Virus record (IMG/VR): IMGVR_UViG_3300026097_001200
Coordinates: 1-64,000 of that record
DNA length: 64,000 bases
Direction: 5' to 3' (one strand)
From: a virus
Shown here: one piece after another, positions 46,359 to 56,610 of the stretch
How the letters are laid out: each line of letters opens with the position of its first letter
How positions within the stretch are numbered: the first letter of the stretch is position 1
Position numbers and translations under genes: made by a program
Notes under the pieces: model-generated
The model's input: only the letters and a program-made list of their open reading frames with translations
Database searches by the model: none
Told to the model about the DNA's origin: nothing

Positions 46359-47318
46359 ATGACAACTTATAACCTAAACTGGGTGATTGCCCATGAACCA
46401 AAATACCTCTTTTACAGAGTGGCAGAAGACTTTGCTAACCTGGTTAAAGAGTACGCCGGCGATGATCTTGACATCAATGTCAATGTACTAACCGACGAAG
46501 AATACAATGCCAAGTACGATCCTAAAGTACCAGTAAACAGACACAATCTCTGGAAGCTGTTACAAGACGGTGATGTGCAAATTGCACAGATGCAGACAAC
46601 CAGTCTTGCACGTCAGTTCAATCCAGAAATGCATGTGCTTGATCTGCCATATCTTTTCCGTGACCACGATCACGCTGCAAAAGTTCTGGAAGGTGATGTT
46701 GGTGTTGAACTGTTAAACAAGTTTGACGAAGACAGCAAGATCAAGGGTCTGGCTTACACCTACAGCGGAGGCTATAGACTGCTTCCGAGTACTCAGCGTG
46801 TAACCAGCCTAGGCGAACTGGCTGGACTGCCAATTCGTGCAGGACTCAGCCAACAGGCTAGAGAAGCTATTGAAATGCTAGGCGGTGAAGCTGTGCCAGC
46901 TGACACAGAACAAACCTGGGAACTGGCCAAAACCGGTAAAGTACAGGCTGCTGAATATGTTACACAGCGCATCTACCCAGATCGTTGTGACGAGTGGATC
47001 AAGAGCATTGTTCACACAGAGCACAGCTTGTTCCTTACCAGCATTGTTGTAAACCAAGATTGGTTCAACAGCCTGCCGCAAGCTGTTCAAGATGTGTTCA
47101 TGAAGGCCGCATTACAAGCAGCTCGCAACGAACGTGAACTAAGTTTAAAAGACGGCGAAACAAACCTACGCAAACTGGAAAGCGAAGGTGTAAACATTGT
47201 TTACCTTAGCGAAGAAGAAGAAGCAGAATTACATGCACGAGCGGCAGAAATCCGCAAAACTCATGCTGAAACTGTGTTCTCTCCAGGCTTGGTAGACAGT
47301 ATAGAAAATACCCATTGA
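46359..47318 (+). CDS. TRAP transporter solute-binding protein (DctP family) lacking a signal peptide
   Basis: LDLPYLFRDHDHA, GYR, LAGLPIR, VNQDWFNSLP; CTAAATA at 46320. Confidence 0.85.
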   Translation: MTTYNLNWVIAHEPKYLFYRVAEDFANLVKEYAGDDLDINVNVLTDEEYNAKYDPKVPVNRHNLWKLLQDGDVQIAQMQTTSLARQFNPEMHVLDLPYLFRDHDHAAKVLEGDVGVELLNKFDEDSKIKGLAYTYSGGYRLLPSTQRVTSLGELAGLPIRAGLSQQAREAIEMLGGEAVPADTEQTWELAKTGKVQAAEYVTQRIYPDRCDEWIKSIVHTEHSLFLTSIVVNQDWFNSLPQAVQDVFMKAALQAARNERELSLKDGETNLRKLESEGVNIVYLSEEEEAELHARAAEIRKTHAETVFSPGLVDSIENTH

Positions 47319-47343
47319 CAAAGACCAATCTCCCACGTATACT
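47315..47343 (+). promoter_or_regulatory. Early sigma70 promoter
   Basis: TTGACA-N17-TATACT. Confidence 0.75.
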
Positions 47344-47357
47344 ACATGTAATATGTT

Positions 47358-47579
47358 GTGTACTGGGAGATTACTATGAGTGCTATGAGTGCAACTATTT
47401 TCGAAATTCAAGAATATCTACGTGAAGGCAAGCTTGGTCACAAGCAAATTGCCGAAAAGCTGGGTGTATCATTGACCTGGGTAACAGACGAAGCAAATGC
47501 CATGTATGGTGCTACCAGCAGTGAACCAGACTTTGGTCCAGTGGAATACGTATATCCAGGATCAGATCCACAAATCTAA
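47358..47579 (+). CDS. Small HTH-like protein
   Basis: HKQIAEKLGVSLTWV; true start probably a downstream ATG. Confidence 0.55.
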   Translation: MYWEITMSAMSATIFEIQEYLREGKLGHKQIAEKLGVSLTWVTDEANAMYGATSSEPDFGPVEYVYPGSDPQI

Positions 47580-47591
47580 ATATCAAAAAGG

Positions 47592-47620
47592 TTGACCTTT
47601 TTCGTAACTGATCATATACT
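47592..47620 (+). promoter_or_regulatory. Early sigma70 promoter
   Basis: AAAAGG-TTGACC-N17-TATACT. Confidence 0.75.
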
Positions 47621-47629
47621 ATATGTATA

Positions 47630-48022
47630 GTGAAGTTACGAGGGTTAAGCATGTTGCAAGTAAAAGACACCACCGAATCCACAAACAAGCGTTTTTCTGT
47701 AATAGATATCAACAGTCGTGCTCGTGCAGCGTATCGCGCTAATCGCAGTTTTTTCGACAGTCAAGCACATCAAGCAAAAGTAAACGCTGTAGATAATATA
47801 CTTCGCAATTTGGTATTTGCCTATACCAATGCTTACCAAACAGCTCGTCCTCAAACACGCCGTAAACCAGCCCACACAGAAGTCAAATACGATCGTGTAG
47901 TGCAGTACAGCGTAAAAGAGCACAATACACGCAAACAAACTGCACTAGCTCAATTAGAGGAGCTAGGGTTAACACTTGTTTACAAACCACGCACCAACAG
48001 CTACAGTGTTCATGTAGCATAA
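47630..48022 (+). CDS. Hypothetical early protein
   Basis: Directly after promoter; likely ATG at 47651. Confidence 0.6.
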   Translation: MKLRGLSMLQVKDTTESTNKRFSVIDINSRARAAYRANRSFFDSQAHQAKVNAVDNILRNLVFAYTNAYQTARPQTRRKPAHTEVKYDRVVQYSVKEHNTRKQTALAQLEELGLTLVYKPRTNSYSVHVA

Positions 48023-48035
48023 CAGGAGCTAGTAA

Positions 48036-48224
48036 ATGTCATATCTATCAACAGATGAAATGATCAAAATCTTGATCGATCGCATTGGAGATCATCTGCA
48101 TGATCCAGAACCACAATCAGATCAGTGTTTGGAGGAACTCCCACAGCCAACCAAGTTGATGTTGTTGCGAGAACTGCGAAACACATACAATCAATATCGT
48201 GCAATCATGTCGGGTGATCAATGA
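48036..48224 (+). CDS. Small hypothetical protein
   Basis: AGGAG SD; ATGA overlap with next gene. Confidence 0.6.
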   Translation: MSYLSTDEMIKILIDRIGDHLHDPEPQSDQCLEELPQPTKLMLLRELRNTYNQYRAIMSGDQ

Positions 48225-48805
48225 AAGACAAGGTAATCTTAGTAGACTGCGACGGTGTGTTGCTGGACTGGGAATATGCGTTTGATCAATGGATGAAACG
48301 TCATGGATACTCAGTGAACTCCGTTGGGCATTACAAGATGCACTACAAATACGGTATTGATGGCCGTGAAGCTAAACGACTGATTCGCATGTTCAACGAA
48401 AGCGCACAGATTCGCAAACTACCGCCCCTGCGTGATGCTATCCATTATGTAAAACGATTGCACCAAGAACACGGCTATATTTTTCACGCTATCACAAGCC
48501 TCAGCAACGAAGTGTATGCACAGCATCTACGCACCAAGAATCTGCGTGAGATGTTTGGCGACAGCGTGTTTGAACGTTACGTGTATTTGGATACTGGTGC
48601 AGACAAAGACTCAGCACTGGCTGAGTATACTAACACTGGCTGTTGGTGGGTAGAAGACAAGCCTGAGAATGCAGTAGAAGGCGCCAGGTGCGGATTAGAA
48701 TCAGTGTTAATGCATCATGAGCATAATGCAGACTTTGACACAACCAATCTCAATATAACTCGAGTAAGAAACTGGAAGGGAATTTATGAACTTGTCACTG
48801 CTTGA
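48221..48805 (+). CDS. HAD-family 5'(3')-deoxyribonucleotidase-like protein
   Basis: DCDGVLLD, ITS, K, WVED...N motifs. Confidence 0.8.
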   Translation: MKDKVILVDCDGVLLDWEYAFDQWMKRHGYSVNSVGHYKMHYKYGIDGREAKRLIRMFNESAQIRKLPPLRDAIHYVKRLHQEHGYIFHAITSLSNEVYAQHLRTKNLREMFGDSVFERYVYLDTGADKDSALAEYTNTGCWWVEDKPENAVEGARCGLESVLMHHEHNADFDTTNLNITRVRNWKGIYELVTA

Positions 48806-49047
48806 TCGTGTAGTAGAAACTGGTGTACGACTGTATGCCGAAGGGGAAAACAGCTCAACTGTGTGGCAGTTTGTGGATCGAAAACTTCACCAGATCCAGG
48901 CCCAGCGACCAGCCTTTTGCTGAATTCAATCTAGCAAGAGATACTGCGTACACTCGCTTGATCAGCATGGGCGTAATGGATCAAGAGCCAACCTGGACAG
49001 AAATTTTAGACTCTATAAACAGCATGCTGGACCGCGAAAAAGTTTAA
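48786..49047 (+). pseudogene. ORF split by a +1 frameshift at 48915-48918
   Basis: ATG 48786 frame stops at TGA 48921-23; the +1 frame continues to 49047. Confidence 0.45.
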
Positions 49048-49065
49048 TTCTTTTTCTTAAAAAGG

Positions 49066-49094
49066 TTGACACACAGCCCGGGTTTTAGTATTAT
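49066..49094 (+). promoter_or_regulatory. Early sigma70 promoter
   Basis: AAAAGG-TTGACA-N17-TATTAT with A/T tract upstream. Confidence 0.75.
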
Positions 49095-49126
49095 GTATAT
49101 GTAGGGTTTGAAATAAGGTTTTTGAT

Positions 49127-49240
49127 ATGTCAGATTTAGCTTACACTCAAAATTTTATCGATGTTGCTATTTTAAGCAGTATCTTAATAGCTGGTGTTGT
49201 TTATCTTGCCAACAAAGGTGAGTTATTTAAAAAATGGTAA
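49127..49240 (+). CDS. 37-aa single-TM peptide
   Basis: MSDLAYTQNFIDVAILSSILIAGVVYLANKGELFKKW; AAGG SD; TAATG-coupled to next ORF. Confidence 0.6.
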   Translation: MSDLAYTQNFIDVAILSSILIAGVVYLANKGELFKKW

Positions 49241-49389
49241 TGCGTAAGATCAAGATAGCAAAAACATTTGTGTTTTTTGACGACAAGTTTTCATTGATTG
49301 TAAGCGCACCAAAAGACCAATTCAGCCTGCTTCCAACTTGGAAAGCCAGAGTGTTAGAAATTCGTGAGTATCAAGGAGAGTTAATATGA
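49240..49389 (+). CDS. 49-aa hypothetical protein
   Basis: Coupled at both ends (TAATG, ATGA). Confidence 0.55.
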   Translation: MRKIKIAKTFVFFDDKFSLIVSAPKDQFSLLPTWKARVLEIREYQGELI

Positions 49390-49790
49390 CCTTATTGCAG
49401 CACATCGAGTCACTGAATGCCAAAGCGGATCTGATGATGGAGCAGGAGCCTGGACTGTGGATGAGCAAGTACACTGATGACTTGAGTCATTGGGCTGAGA
49501 TGGGTGTCTACACTGTAGAGGACTTCAAACGTAATGAGCTGATCAATGGCATCAGTGATGCGTCGAAAGACCTCTATGGTTGCCGCATGCGTCTTGCTTG
49601 GGACGAAATGGATATTGAGGATCTGGAACAGACCTACGAGAATATCTGTTACCAGCTCCGTCTTCAGTTTGAGCAAGAGCAGGAGTGGGAGCGCGAGCAG
49701 GCTGAAGAAGCTCGGATCGCCGCACAAGGTTTACAGCCAGACTGCGAGCCATTGCCTTACGAAGAATATGCTGATTTGGAGACTGCATAA
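49386..49790 (+). CDS. Hypothetical protein
   Basis: AGGAG SD; SDASKDLYGCRMR motif. Confidence 0.7.
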   Translation: MTLLQHIESLNAKADLMMEQEPGLWMSKYTDDLSHWAEMGVYTVEDFKRNELINGISDASKDLYGCRMRLAWDEMDIEDLEQTYENICYQLRLQFEQEQEWEREQAEEARIAAQGLQPDCEPLPYEEYADLETA

Positions 49791-50223
49791 TGAAAAGCGA
49801 ACTTGAACTTGCAATTGATCGCATGATCGATGCACAAAAAAAACTGTACGGAGCAGATGCATACCTGTATGCCACAGCCAATCTACAAGGTGCGTTGGTA
49901 GGATCTGCCGCTGCACTCAGTGACTTTATGGTTGACAGCTTGATTGAAACATTTAACGATCGTGCAAAAAAAGTTGAACAAGAAGCAATCATCAAAGCAT
50001 TTAATCAAGAGGTTCCAATTGTATGAGTTATTTGCTCTTATCGGTTGCGCTAGGATTAGAAATTTCTTATACTAGCAAGAATGTTTGTCAAGAAGCACTT
50101 GAACAGGTGCGAGAGCAGGACAGCAAAGCAATTTGTATTCCTGCAGGCAAAGACAAAACCAGTGAACAGTTTGATCTATTTTTAAACATGATTGAACAGT
50201 TACAAAAAGTTGAACAGAAATAG
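49790..50223 (+). CDS. Two small hypothetical proteins (49790..50026, 50023..50223)
   Basis: Translationally coupled ORFs. Confidence 0.55.
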
Positions 50224-50296
50224 CCGAGTTGGTCTAATGGTATGACAGGGGTCTCCAAAACCCTTAGCGGAGGTTCGATTCCTTCACTCGGTGCCA
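50223..50296 (+). tRNA. trnW: tRNA-Trp (CCA)
   Basis: Acceptor GCCGAGT/ACTCGGT, anticodon loop CTCCAAA, GTTCGA T-loop, G73, encoded CCA. Confidence 0.9.
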
Positions 50297-50309
50297 GTTT
50301 TAAAAGTTT

Positions 50310-50385
50310 TGGGATATAGCTCAGTTGGTAGAGCAGCGGACTGTTAATCCGCTTGTCGCAGGTTCGAGCCCTGCTATCCCAGCCA
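50310..50385 (+). tRNA. trnN: tRNA-Asn (GTT)
   Basis: Acceptor TGGGATA/TATCCCA, loop CTGTTAA, G73, encoded CCA. Confidence 0.95.
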
Positions 50386-50390
50386 TTTTT

Positions 50391-50466
50391 GCTACGGTGG
50401 CTCGAATGGTTAGGCAGAGGACTGCAAATCCTTTTCACGCAGGTTCGAATCCTGTCCGTAGCTCCA
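50391..50466 (+). tRNA. trnC: tRNA-Cys (GCA)
   Basis: Acceptor GCTACGG/CCGTAGC, loop CTGCAAA, U73, encoded CCA. Confidence 0.93.
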
Positions 50467-50482
50467 ATTTACAAGGAAAAAT

Positions 50483-51103
50483 ATGTCACTAATTCCAATG
50501 GTAGTAGAAAGCACAGCAAAAGGCGAACGTGCTTATGATATCTACAGTAGACTGCTCAAAGAACGCATTGTCATGCTCAACGGTGTGGTAGAAGATCACA
50601 TGGCCAATACCGTGGTAGCCCAACTGTTGTTTTTAGAATCAGAAAATCCAAACAAAGAGATCAGTTTGTTTATCAACAGTCCAGGTGGCGGAGTCACAGC
50701 AGGTCTCAGTATCTATGATACCATGCAGTTTATTAAACCTGATGTAGCAACCTATGTGATGGGGCAGGCAGCCAGTATGGGATCGTTTCTAGCGCAAGCC
50801 GGTGCTCCGGGTAAACGCTATGTGTTGCCCGAATCACGTACAATGATTCACAGAGTCAGCTCAGGTACACGTGGCACATCAGGCAGTGTGCATGTGCAGG
50901 AACTGGAGTTTGAAGATCAAAAGCGACACCTAGACGAAAGCAAGAGAATCAATCAACGTTTGACTGAACTGTACGCACAGCACAACACCGCAGGAAAAAC
51001 CTACGAAGATCTCTATGAAGACATGAAGTTTGACACTTTCTTAAGTGCACAGGAAGCGGTAGACTACGGTTTGGCAGATCAATTGGTAGAAAAGAGAACG
51101 TGA
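50483..51103 (+). CDS. clpP: ATP-dependent Clp protease proteolytic subunit
   Basis: [24 protein letters not shown] (Ser), MIH (His), DTF (Asp). Confidence 0.95.
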   Translation: MSLIPMVVESTAKGERAYDIYSRLLKERIVMLNGVVEDHMANTVVAQLLFLESENPNKEISLFINSPGGGVTAGLSIYDTMQFIKPDVATYVMGQAASMGSFLAQAGAPGKRYVLPESRTMIHRVSSGTRGTSGSVHVQELEFEDQKRHLDESKRINQRLTELYAQHNTAGKTYEDLYEDMKFDTFLSAQEAVDYGLADQLVEKRT

Positions 51104-51471
51104 AATTCACAGCCGTTCGTGGCAGGTATCTACCAAAAAATCCAGAAAAATACACAGGAAATGTAAACTGTATTACATACCGTAGTCTCTGGGAGAGAAG
51201 ATTCATGCTCTACTGCGACAGGTCTCCAAAAATACTGAAATGGAGTTCTGAAGAATTACACATACCTTACGTGGGCGTAGACGATCGGATACACAACTAT
51301 TATCCAGACTTTGTTGTCGAGACACATGACGATAGAACCATTGTAGTAGAAATAAAGCCTGGCTTTCAACGAGGCTGGAAGATAAACAAAGCAAAGTGGA
51401 AAAGTGCCAAAAGTTTTTGTAGTGCACTTGGGTATGAATTTAAAGTACTAACAGAAAAGGAGTTGTTCTAG
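51100..51471 (+). CDS. Head completion nuclease (T4 gp4-like, TnsA fold)
   Basis: PKNPEKY.G, YRSLWE, WSSE, YYPDF, VEIKP, NKAKW. Confidence 0.88.
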   Translation: MKFTAVRGRYLPKNPEKYTGNVNCITYRSLWERRFMLYCDRSPKILKWSSEELHIPYVGVDDRIHNYYPDFVVETHDDRTIVVEIKPGFQRGWKINKAKWKSAKSFCSALGYEFKVLTEKELF

Positions 51472-53536
51472 TGACCTTGCCAGTTGAACGAAAAAATGCA
51501 GTTTTAAATGTTGAACAGTTTTTAATGGACCTTCGAGATCCTAAAAAATATCCACGTGTGCCCGGAGCAGTGCGTGAACAGGCAAGCAGATTGCTCAAGC
51601 ATTATCCTAGCAAGTTTGATATGGAATCTGCGGCGGAATCCGCCCCTGATGTTTTTGGAGATAAACTTTGATTACCTACAGCACCAACTGGATGGGTCCG
51701 GTCAATATGCAATGGTTTGAAGAACGTGGGTTGGTTGAAAATAACAAAATCACCACATACTATTCAGCAGGTCGTATTGATATTCGTGACAGTAGTAAAG
51801 AAGGTTATGATGGCTGGAATGAATACAGTCTACCTCCTATGCACGGTGAAGACTGGAATGACTTCAGTAGTTGGTTAGAAAGTTTTCAAACACACGAACT
51901 GTGGGAGTTTGATGACATCATAAAGTTGTATGAAAGTGCAAGTGGTAGAAAGATCCGGTGGGCAGAGGACACTTGGTATAAGTGTTATGAATGTGGATTG
52001 GTCACAGACTTACGAAAAACTACAGTGCATATTCACAAGATGGGTTGTAGTAGGAACTGGGATGAATAAAAAAGAAATCAATCAGATGGAATCCAAACTC
52101 AGAGAGAAACTGATGAGGGAGCGGTGGGAGCTGACCGCCAAACAAGAAGCATATGACAAGGTGAAGATGGAAAGTTTCAAAGCGAGTTCTGCTCTGGAAG
52201 GTATTAACTACAGCGAAGAAGTGTCATGTAAAGATCATCCTGATGCACCACATGGATTTGATCGCGACTCAAGTCACGCACTGGGTCGCTATGTTTGCGA
52301 GTGTGAAGGCTGGGAGCCAGAAGATGAAAACGATCACTGACGAAGAATACGAGTTGTTTGAGAGACTCAAAAACATTTGGATGCACAGTGCTCCTAAACA
52401 GAGCGGACGGTATTTTGTCTGTGGTGAAGGTGGTGATCGAGATACGGTGGGATTGCCTGAGAAAATTCTAGTGTGTCCAGCCTATGGGTCAGATGGCTTC
52501 GCCATATACACCAAGACCACAGACTATTCAGCACCAGGATATTGAGGATTAGAAAATGATTGAGATCAATGAAAGAACAGCTAAATTCACAGAACTTAAA
52601 CCATACGACTTCACTGCCAAACCAGATGACTACATGGAAGTCTGTGAGTGGTCAAACGGCGAAGGGGTTGATGTTAACATTAACTCAAACGGTGACCAAC
52701 GATTCAGTTTAACTTGGGGTCAGTGGGAAGCGTTAAATGCATTGATAGCATACAAGGAGTAGAGCATGGAAATTGAATCAATGGAAGCAGAACAAGGCAT
52801 CACTCCTAACAGTTGGGTTATCCTAGAAATCAATCATGAAGGCAAGCAGTTTCAAAAGATTCTGAGTGGCTGGAGTGGTGGCTATCTCGATGGTGATACA
52901 TGGCGTCTGAGCAGCCCTATCAAGGAACTGAATATACAAATCGACAGTGAGTGGATAACAGCAATCACAGAAACTGGCAGCACATATAAATTGTTAAAAG
53001 AATCTCAAGGATTGCGTATGAGCAATGCTGGAATATACAACCGACTGAAAGAACGGTTCGGTGATATGGTAGAGATAGTGGAGTTATAATGTTTGAATCA
53101 GGAAAGACGTATACCAATCGATATGGAGACGAGTATTCGTGGATTGTGATCAATGATAATACCTATCGATTTGATATGACTAATAATGGTCCTAATTATG
53201 CTCGATGGGGTGGAAAAGAGGGACAAGAAAAGATGGACATGAATGATCTAGGAATGTATGACCCAAGTGGTGGCCCATATATCACGATCGGGATGGAAAT
53301 TGATGGACGTCCGATCAAAAGACTTTTTATTCTAAAAGGTGTATTTGTAGAGGTGAGTGATTAAACTTCCTAAACGTAAAATATTCCGCTTTCTGGTTAA
53401 TACTTTTGATCAAGTAAACTTTTTGATTCAAGATCGATTCAATCTCAATCCAAAGCGCACAATTCTAGAAGCACAGCAAGACCTTGTGACTCTCAATGAA
53501 CTTGAAAGGACCATTGGCAAAAGTCTTGGCCTATAA
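51471..53536 (+). CDS. Run of small hypothetical ORFs (51471..51671, 51668..52069, 52062..52340, 52324..52545, 52556..52762, 52766..53089, 53089..53364, 53357..53536)
   Basis: Tightly coupled short ORFs; 52766 has WSGGYLDGDTWRLSS; 52062 has C..HPDAPH...CEC. Confidence 0.6.
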
Positions 53537-53539
53537 ATA
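53532..53539 (+). promoter_or_regulatory. T4-type late promoter
   Basis: Exact TATAAATA 6 nt before ATG 53546. Confidence 0.7.
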
Positions 53540-53545
53540 CTGCTC

Positions 53546-54511
53546 ATGAAATTAGAAAGAGTAGTACTTGAAGTTTTCGGCGGTTGTAACTACACCTGCG
53601 ACATGTGTCCGCAAAGCACAGGACGTGGTCGCGACTTCACTCGCAAAATGCCGCTGGACCTGTTTGAATCTGTGCTTGATCAAATCACTCCACGCTACGG
53701 TACTCCTGTAATCAACCTTGAAGGTTCTGGTGAGCCTACGCTAGCACAGGACCTACCACTGTATGTAGAAGCTTGCACTCGCCGTGGATTGCCCAGCTTT
53801 ATGTACTGCAACGGCGCACTGCTAAAAGGCACATTCATGCAGGATGTGGTAGACGCTGGCATTGACTTTGTGAGATTCAGCTGCATTGGCTACAACAAAG
53901 AACTGTATGCCAAGTGGATGAGCACTGACAACTTTGACTTGGTTAAACAAAACGCTGTTGACGCACAAGCCTATATAAAACAAACCAACAGCAGTTGCGA
54001 AATCAGCAGCTATCATCTCATACTCGATCCTGACCGCATGGACTACGAAATTTCACAGTATCAAACCAACTTTATTGATCCTGTTGGCAGTGTGGGTTAT
54101 ATTTGGAAAATGCACAACTGGAGTGGCAACTACCAACCATTGTACTTTAGAAATCCCAAACAGAGAAAAACCTGCGGAAGACCATTTGCACCTGAACTCA
54201 CTGTGAGAGCAGGAGGACTAGATGGCAAGCAAGGAGCAGTTACACCCTGTTGTCAGACCATGGGCCCACCAAACGAAGCACTCAGTGTACTAGGACACTT
54301 TGAAGACCAAAGATTCGAAGATATCTACTGGGGAGATGCATACGAACAGCTGAGATCTGCTCACAGCGAAGGCAGATTTGACGACATTGAATATTGCAAA
54401 AACTGTGATTTTTTGTACGATGATCCCGAAGTACTGGTATGGAGCAATGATCCAAATGCCAGTGTCAACTACATGCTGGGCACTGACTTTAAACTCAGTG
54501 ACTATCAATGA
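53546..54511 (+). CDS. Radical SAM/SPASM protein
   Basis: CNYTCDMC, GSGEP; C-terminal CGRPF...PCC...CKNC. Confidence 0.88.
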   Translation: MKLERVVLEVFGGCNYTCDMCPQSTGRGRDFTRKMPLDLFESVLDQITPRYGTPVINLEGSGEPTLAQDLPLYVEACTRRGLPSFMYCNGALLKGTFMQDVVDAGIDFVRFSCIGYNKELYAKWMSTDNFDLVKQNAVDAQAYIKQTNSSCEISSYHLILDPDRMDYEISQYQTNFIDPVGSVGYIWKMHNWSGNYQPLYFRNPKQRKTCGRPFAPELTVRAGGLDGKQGAVTPCCQTMGPPNEALSVLGHFEDQRFEDIYWGDAYEQLRSAHSEGRFDDIEYCKNCDFLYDDPEVLVWSNDPNASVNYMLGTDFKLSDYQ

Positions 54512-55341
54512 CCGACGCAGACTTTGTATGGGCAGAACCAGAACGCATTAACACTCGTGTAGGCAGCACTCTTACTAGATCAAAAAATTCATTAAATGAA
54601 ATCTGGTGGTATAAAAAACCGGGTTATATAGATGAAACTGTGGCATATATTAAACAAGTTTGCGAGTTTACAGATTCAGACAGTTATGTTATTGAAACTA
54701 CTAGCGATGCACTAAAAAACTTAGTGGATACAGTAAACTACATGAGTGTTTACAGAATGTTCTCGGATACCATGTGGGGACTACTTGCAAATGATAAAAG
54801 GCCACGATGCTATAGATATGACTCAGACTACATGCCGCTTCACAACAAGTCAGACAAATCTTTTTTTTACAATCTAACTAAATTACACCAGTTTTACACC
54901 GATCCTCCGTTACTTTTTCGGACGCCTTTTAGTATTGGCGCCTTGCAGAAAAAACCTCCGTTTATGCTTGCTATTCATCCTGGGTCTTATAGACTTTTTT
55001 CTACTCTTTTTTTGCCTGAAAATATTTATTGTTGTTTGTTACTGCCAGTAGACGCACATGCATTAATCAATAATTTAAATATAGAATTCAATAAAACAAA
55101 AACTATTCTTTCAATAAACAACAAAGAATTAATTAAAACACTGAATATTAATCTTTACAGTAACTTGCATATTTCTTGGAGTTCTCAAACAGGAATACAA
55201 CTTGTCGAAAATCACTCCGAGTTAGCAGAATACGCAAAGCAATACGAAATCAAATGGACTGGTAGACAGTTTGTGGTAAATGATGTTATAATTGCAACAC
55301 TTAAAAATAATATTTTTATTCCACCTGGCCCAATAGGATAA
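54508..55341 (+). CDS. Hypothetical protein
   Basis: 277-aa AT-rich ORF. Confidence 0.55.
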   Translation: MTDADFVWAEPERINTRVGSTLTRSKNSLNEIWWYKKPGYIDETVAYIKQVCEFTDSDSYVIETTSDALKNLVDTVNYMSVYRMFSDTMWGLLANDKRPRCYRYDSDYMPLHNKSDKSFFYNLTKLHQFYTDPPLLFRTPFSIGALQKKPPFMLAIHPGSYRLFSTLFLPENIYCCLLLPVDAHALINNLNIEFNKTKTILSINNKELIKTLNINLYSNLHISWSSQTGIQLVENHSELAEYAKQYEIKWTGRQFVVNDVIIATLKNNIFIPPGPIG

Positions 55342-55345
55342 TAGC

Positions 55346-56056
55346 ATGGCAACAATTGAAGAGAAAGAAGAACTTGTAGATACACTCAAAGGACCAAAGT
55401 ACTATCGTATCCAGATATCTGGCTATGGCGGCGAGAGTTCCTACATGAAAATCAGCAAACAAGCACATGATTTTTGGCAACAGGTTACAGAAGAAAACGG
55501 CGAAGATGATCTTGTTCAGTACATGCTCAACGCTGAAGATGGCAATCTCGACGACCTAGAAGTAGTAGTGCCACCTGAGGCTATGTTTATGGTAGATGAA
55601 GACGGCGACGGTCGGCCATGGTACGAGCCGGTAGAAGAAATTGATCACTCGTTTGGTGCTAGTCTTCAATCCAGTTGGATCACAGTAGACGAAATTGACT
55701 CAGATGACTACAATGCAAATTATGTTGCTGAAGTCATCAACCGACAAGATATTTTAGAATTAAATGATCAACTGTGCGAAGATCACGAAATTGAGATCAT
55801 ATCCATGAGCTGTTGTGACGAACCCGAAGATGCACCTTATATTGCTCAAATGTATTCAATGGAAAAGGGCTGTTTTTGGGAAAGCATTATTGAAACAACA
55901 GGCAAATTTGATCCTAAAAAACTTGTAATTTATACTGTGGAATTTCTCAACGGCGAAGACACTATAACCGAAGTACACTACGACGGTATAGAAACAGAAA
56001 ATTTCGGAGGTGATACCAACGGAAAGGGATACACAGCCGCAGTTTGGAGTAGCTAG
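55346..56056 (+). CDS. Acidic conserved phage hypothetical protein
   Basis: GYGGE, SMEKG, FDPKKL, GGDTNGKG. Confidence 0.7.
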   Translation: MATIEEKEELVDTLKGPKYYRIQISGYGGESSYMKISKQAHDFWQQVTEENGEDDLVQYMLNAEDGNLDDLEVVVPPEAMFMVDEDGDGRPWYEPVEEIDHSFGASLQSSWITVDEIDSDDYNANYVAEVINRQDILELNDQLCEDHEIEIISMSCCDEPEDAPYIAQMYSMEKGCFWESIIETTGKFDPKKLVIYTVEFLNGEDTITEVHYDGIETENFGGDTNGKGYTAAVWSS

Positions 56057-56138
56057 TGTACTGACTCGCTAAATACTCTTGGCAACAGGAGTATACCATG
56101 TCCATTCAATTTGTTGTCCGGAGTCGGTGATCTGGACC

Positions 56139-56606
56139 ATGCGTGATATAAACTTAAATCAAGTTATTGAATATATCAATGCACAAGGTCCAGAAACCAG
56201 AATCTATCTCGGAGCCGATTCAGCTCGAATTAACAAAAACAGCACGTGGTACGCTGAATATACCGTAGCAGTGGTAGTACACATCAATGGATGCAACGGT
56301 TGTAAAATCTTTGGAGAAGTTTCTAGAGAACGAGACTTTGACAAACGAATAAATCGGCCCGCTCTGCGCTTGATGACCGAAGTATATAAGGTCAGCGACA
56401 TGTACCAACGATTAAATCCACACATTGCACAAGATATAGAAGTGCACTTAGATATCAATCCTTCTGATAAATATGCCAGTAGTGCAGTAATTCAGCAGGC
56501 AATTGGCTATATAAAAGGCACATGCAATACAACCCCTAAGGTTAAGCCGGATGCCTGGGCAGCATCCAGTGCTGCTGACAATCTCACATCAATTTTAGCA
56601 GCATAA
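56139..56606 (+). CDS. YkuK/DUF458 RNase H-like protein
   Basis: IYLGADS, VVH...GCKIF, RLMTEV, EVHLDIN, KPDAWAASSAAD. Confidence 0.8.
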   Translation: MRDINLNQVIEYINAQGPETRIYLGADSARINKNSTWYAEYTVAVVVHINGCNGCKIFGEVSRERDFDKRINRPALRLMTEVYKVSDMYQRLNPHIAQDIEVHLDINPSDKYASSAVIQQAIGYIKGTCNTTPKVKPDAWAASSAADNLTSILAA

Positions 56607-56610
56607 ATCT

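Noticed and set aside
50088-50538. ORFs 50088..50438(-) and 50353..50538(+)
   Set aside because: They overlap the three tRNA genes.
54508-55341. ParB/Srx-like nuclease from the IHPGSYR motif
   Set aside because: Single weak motif; not enough support.
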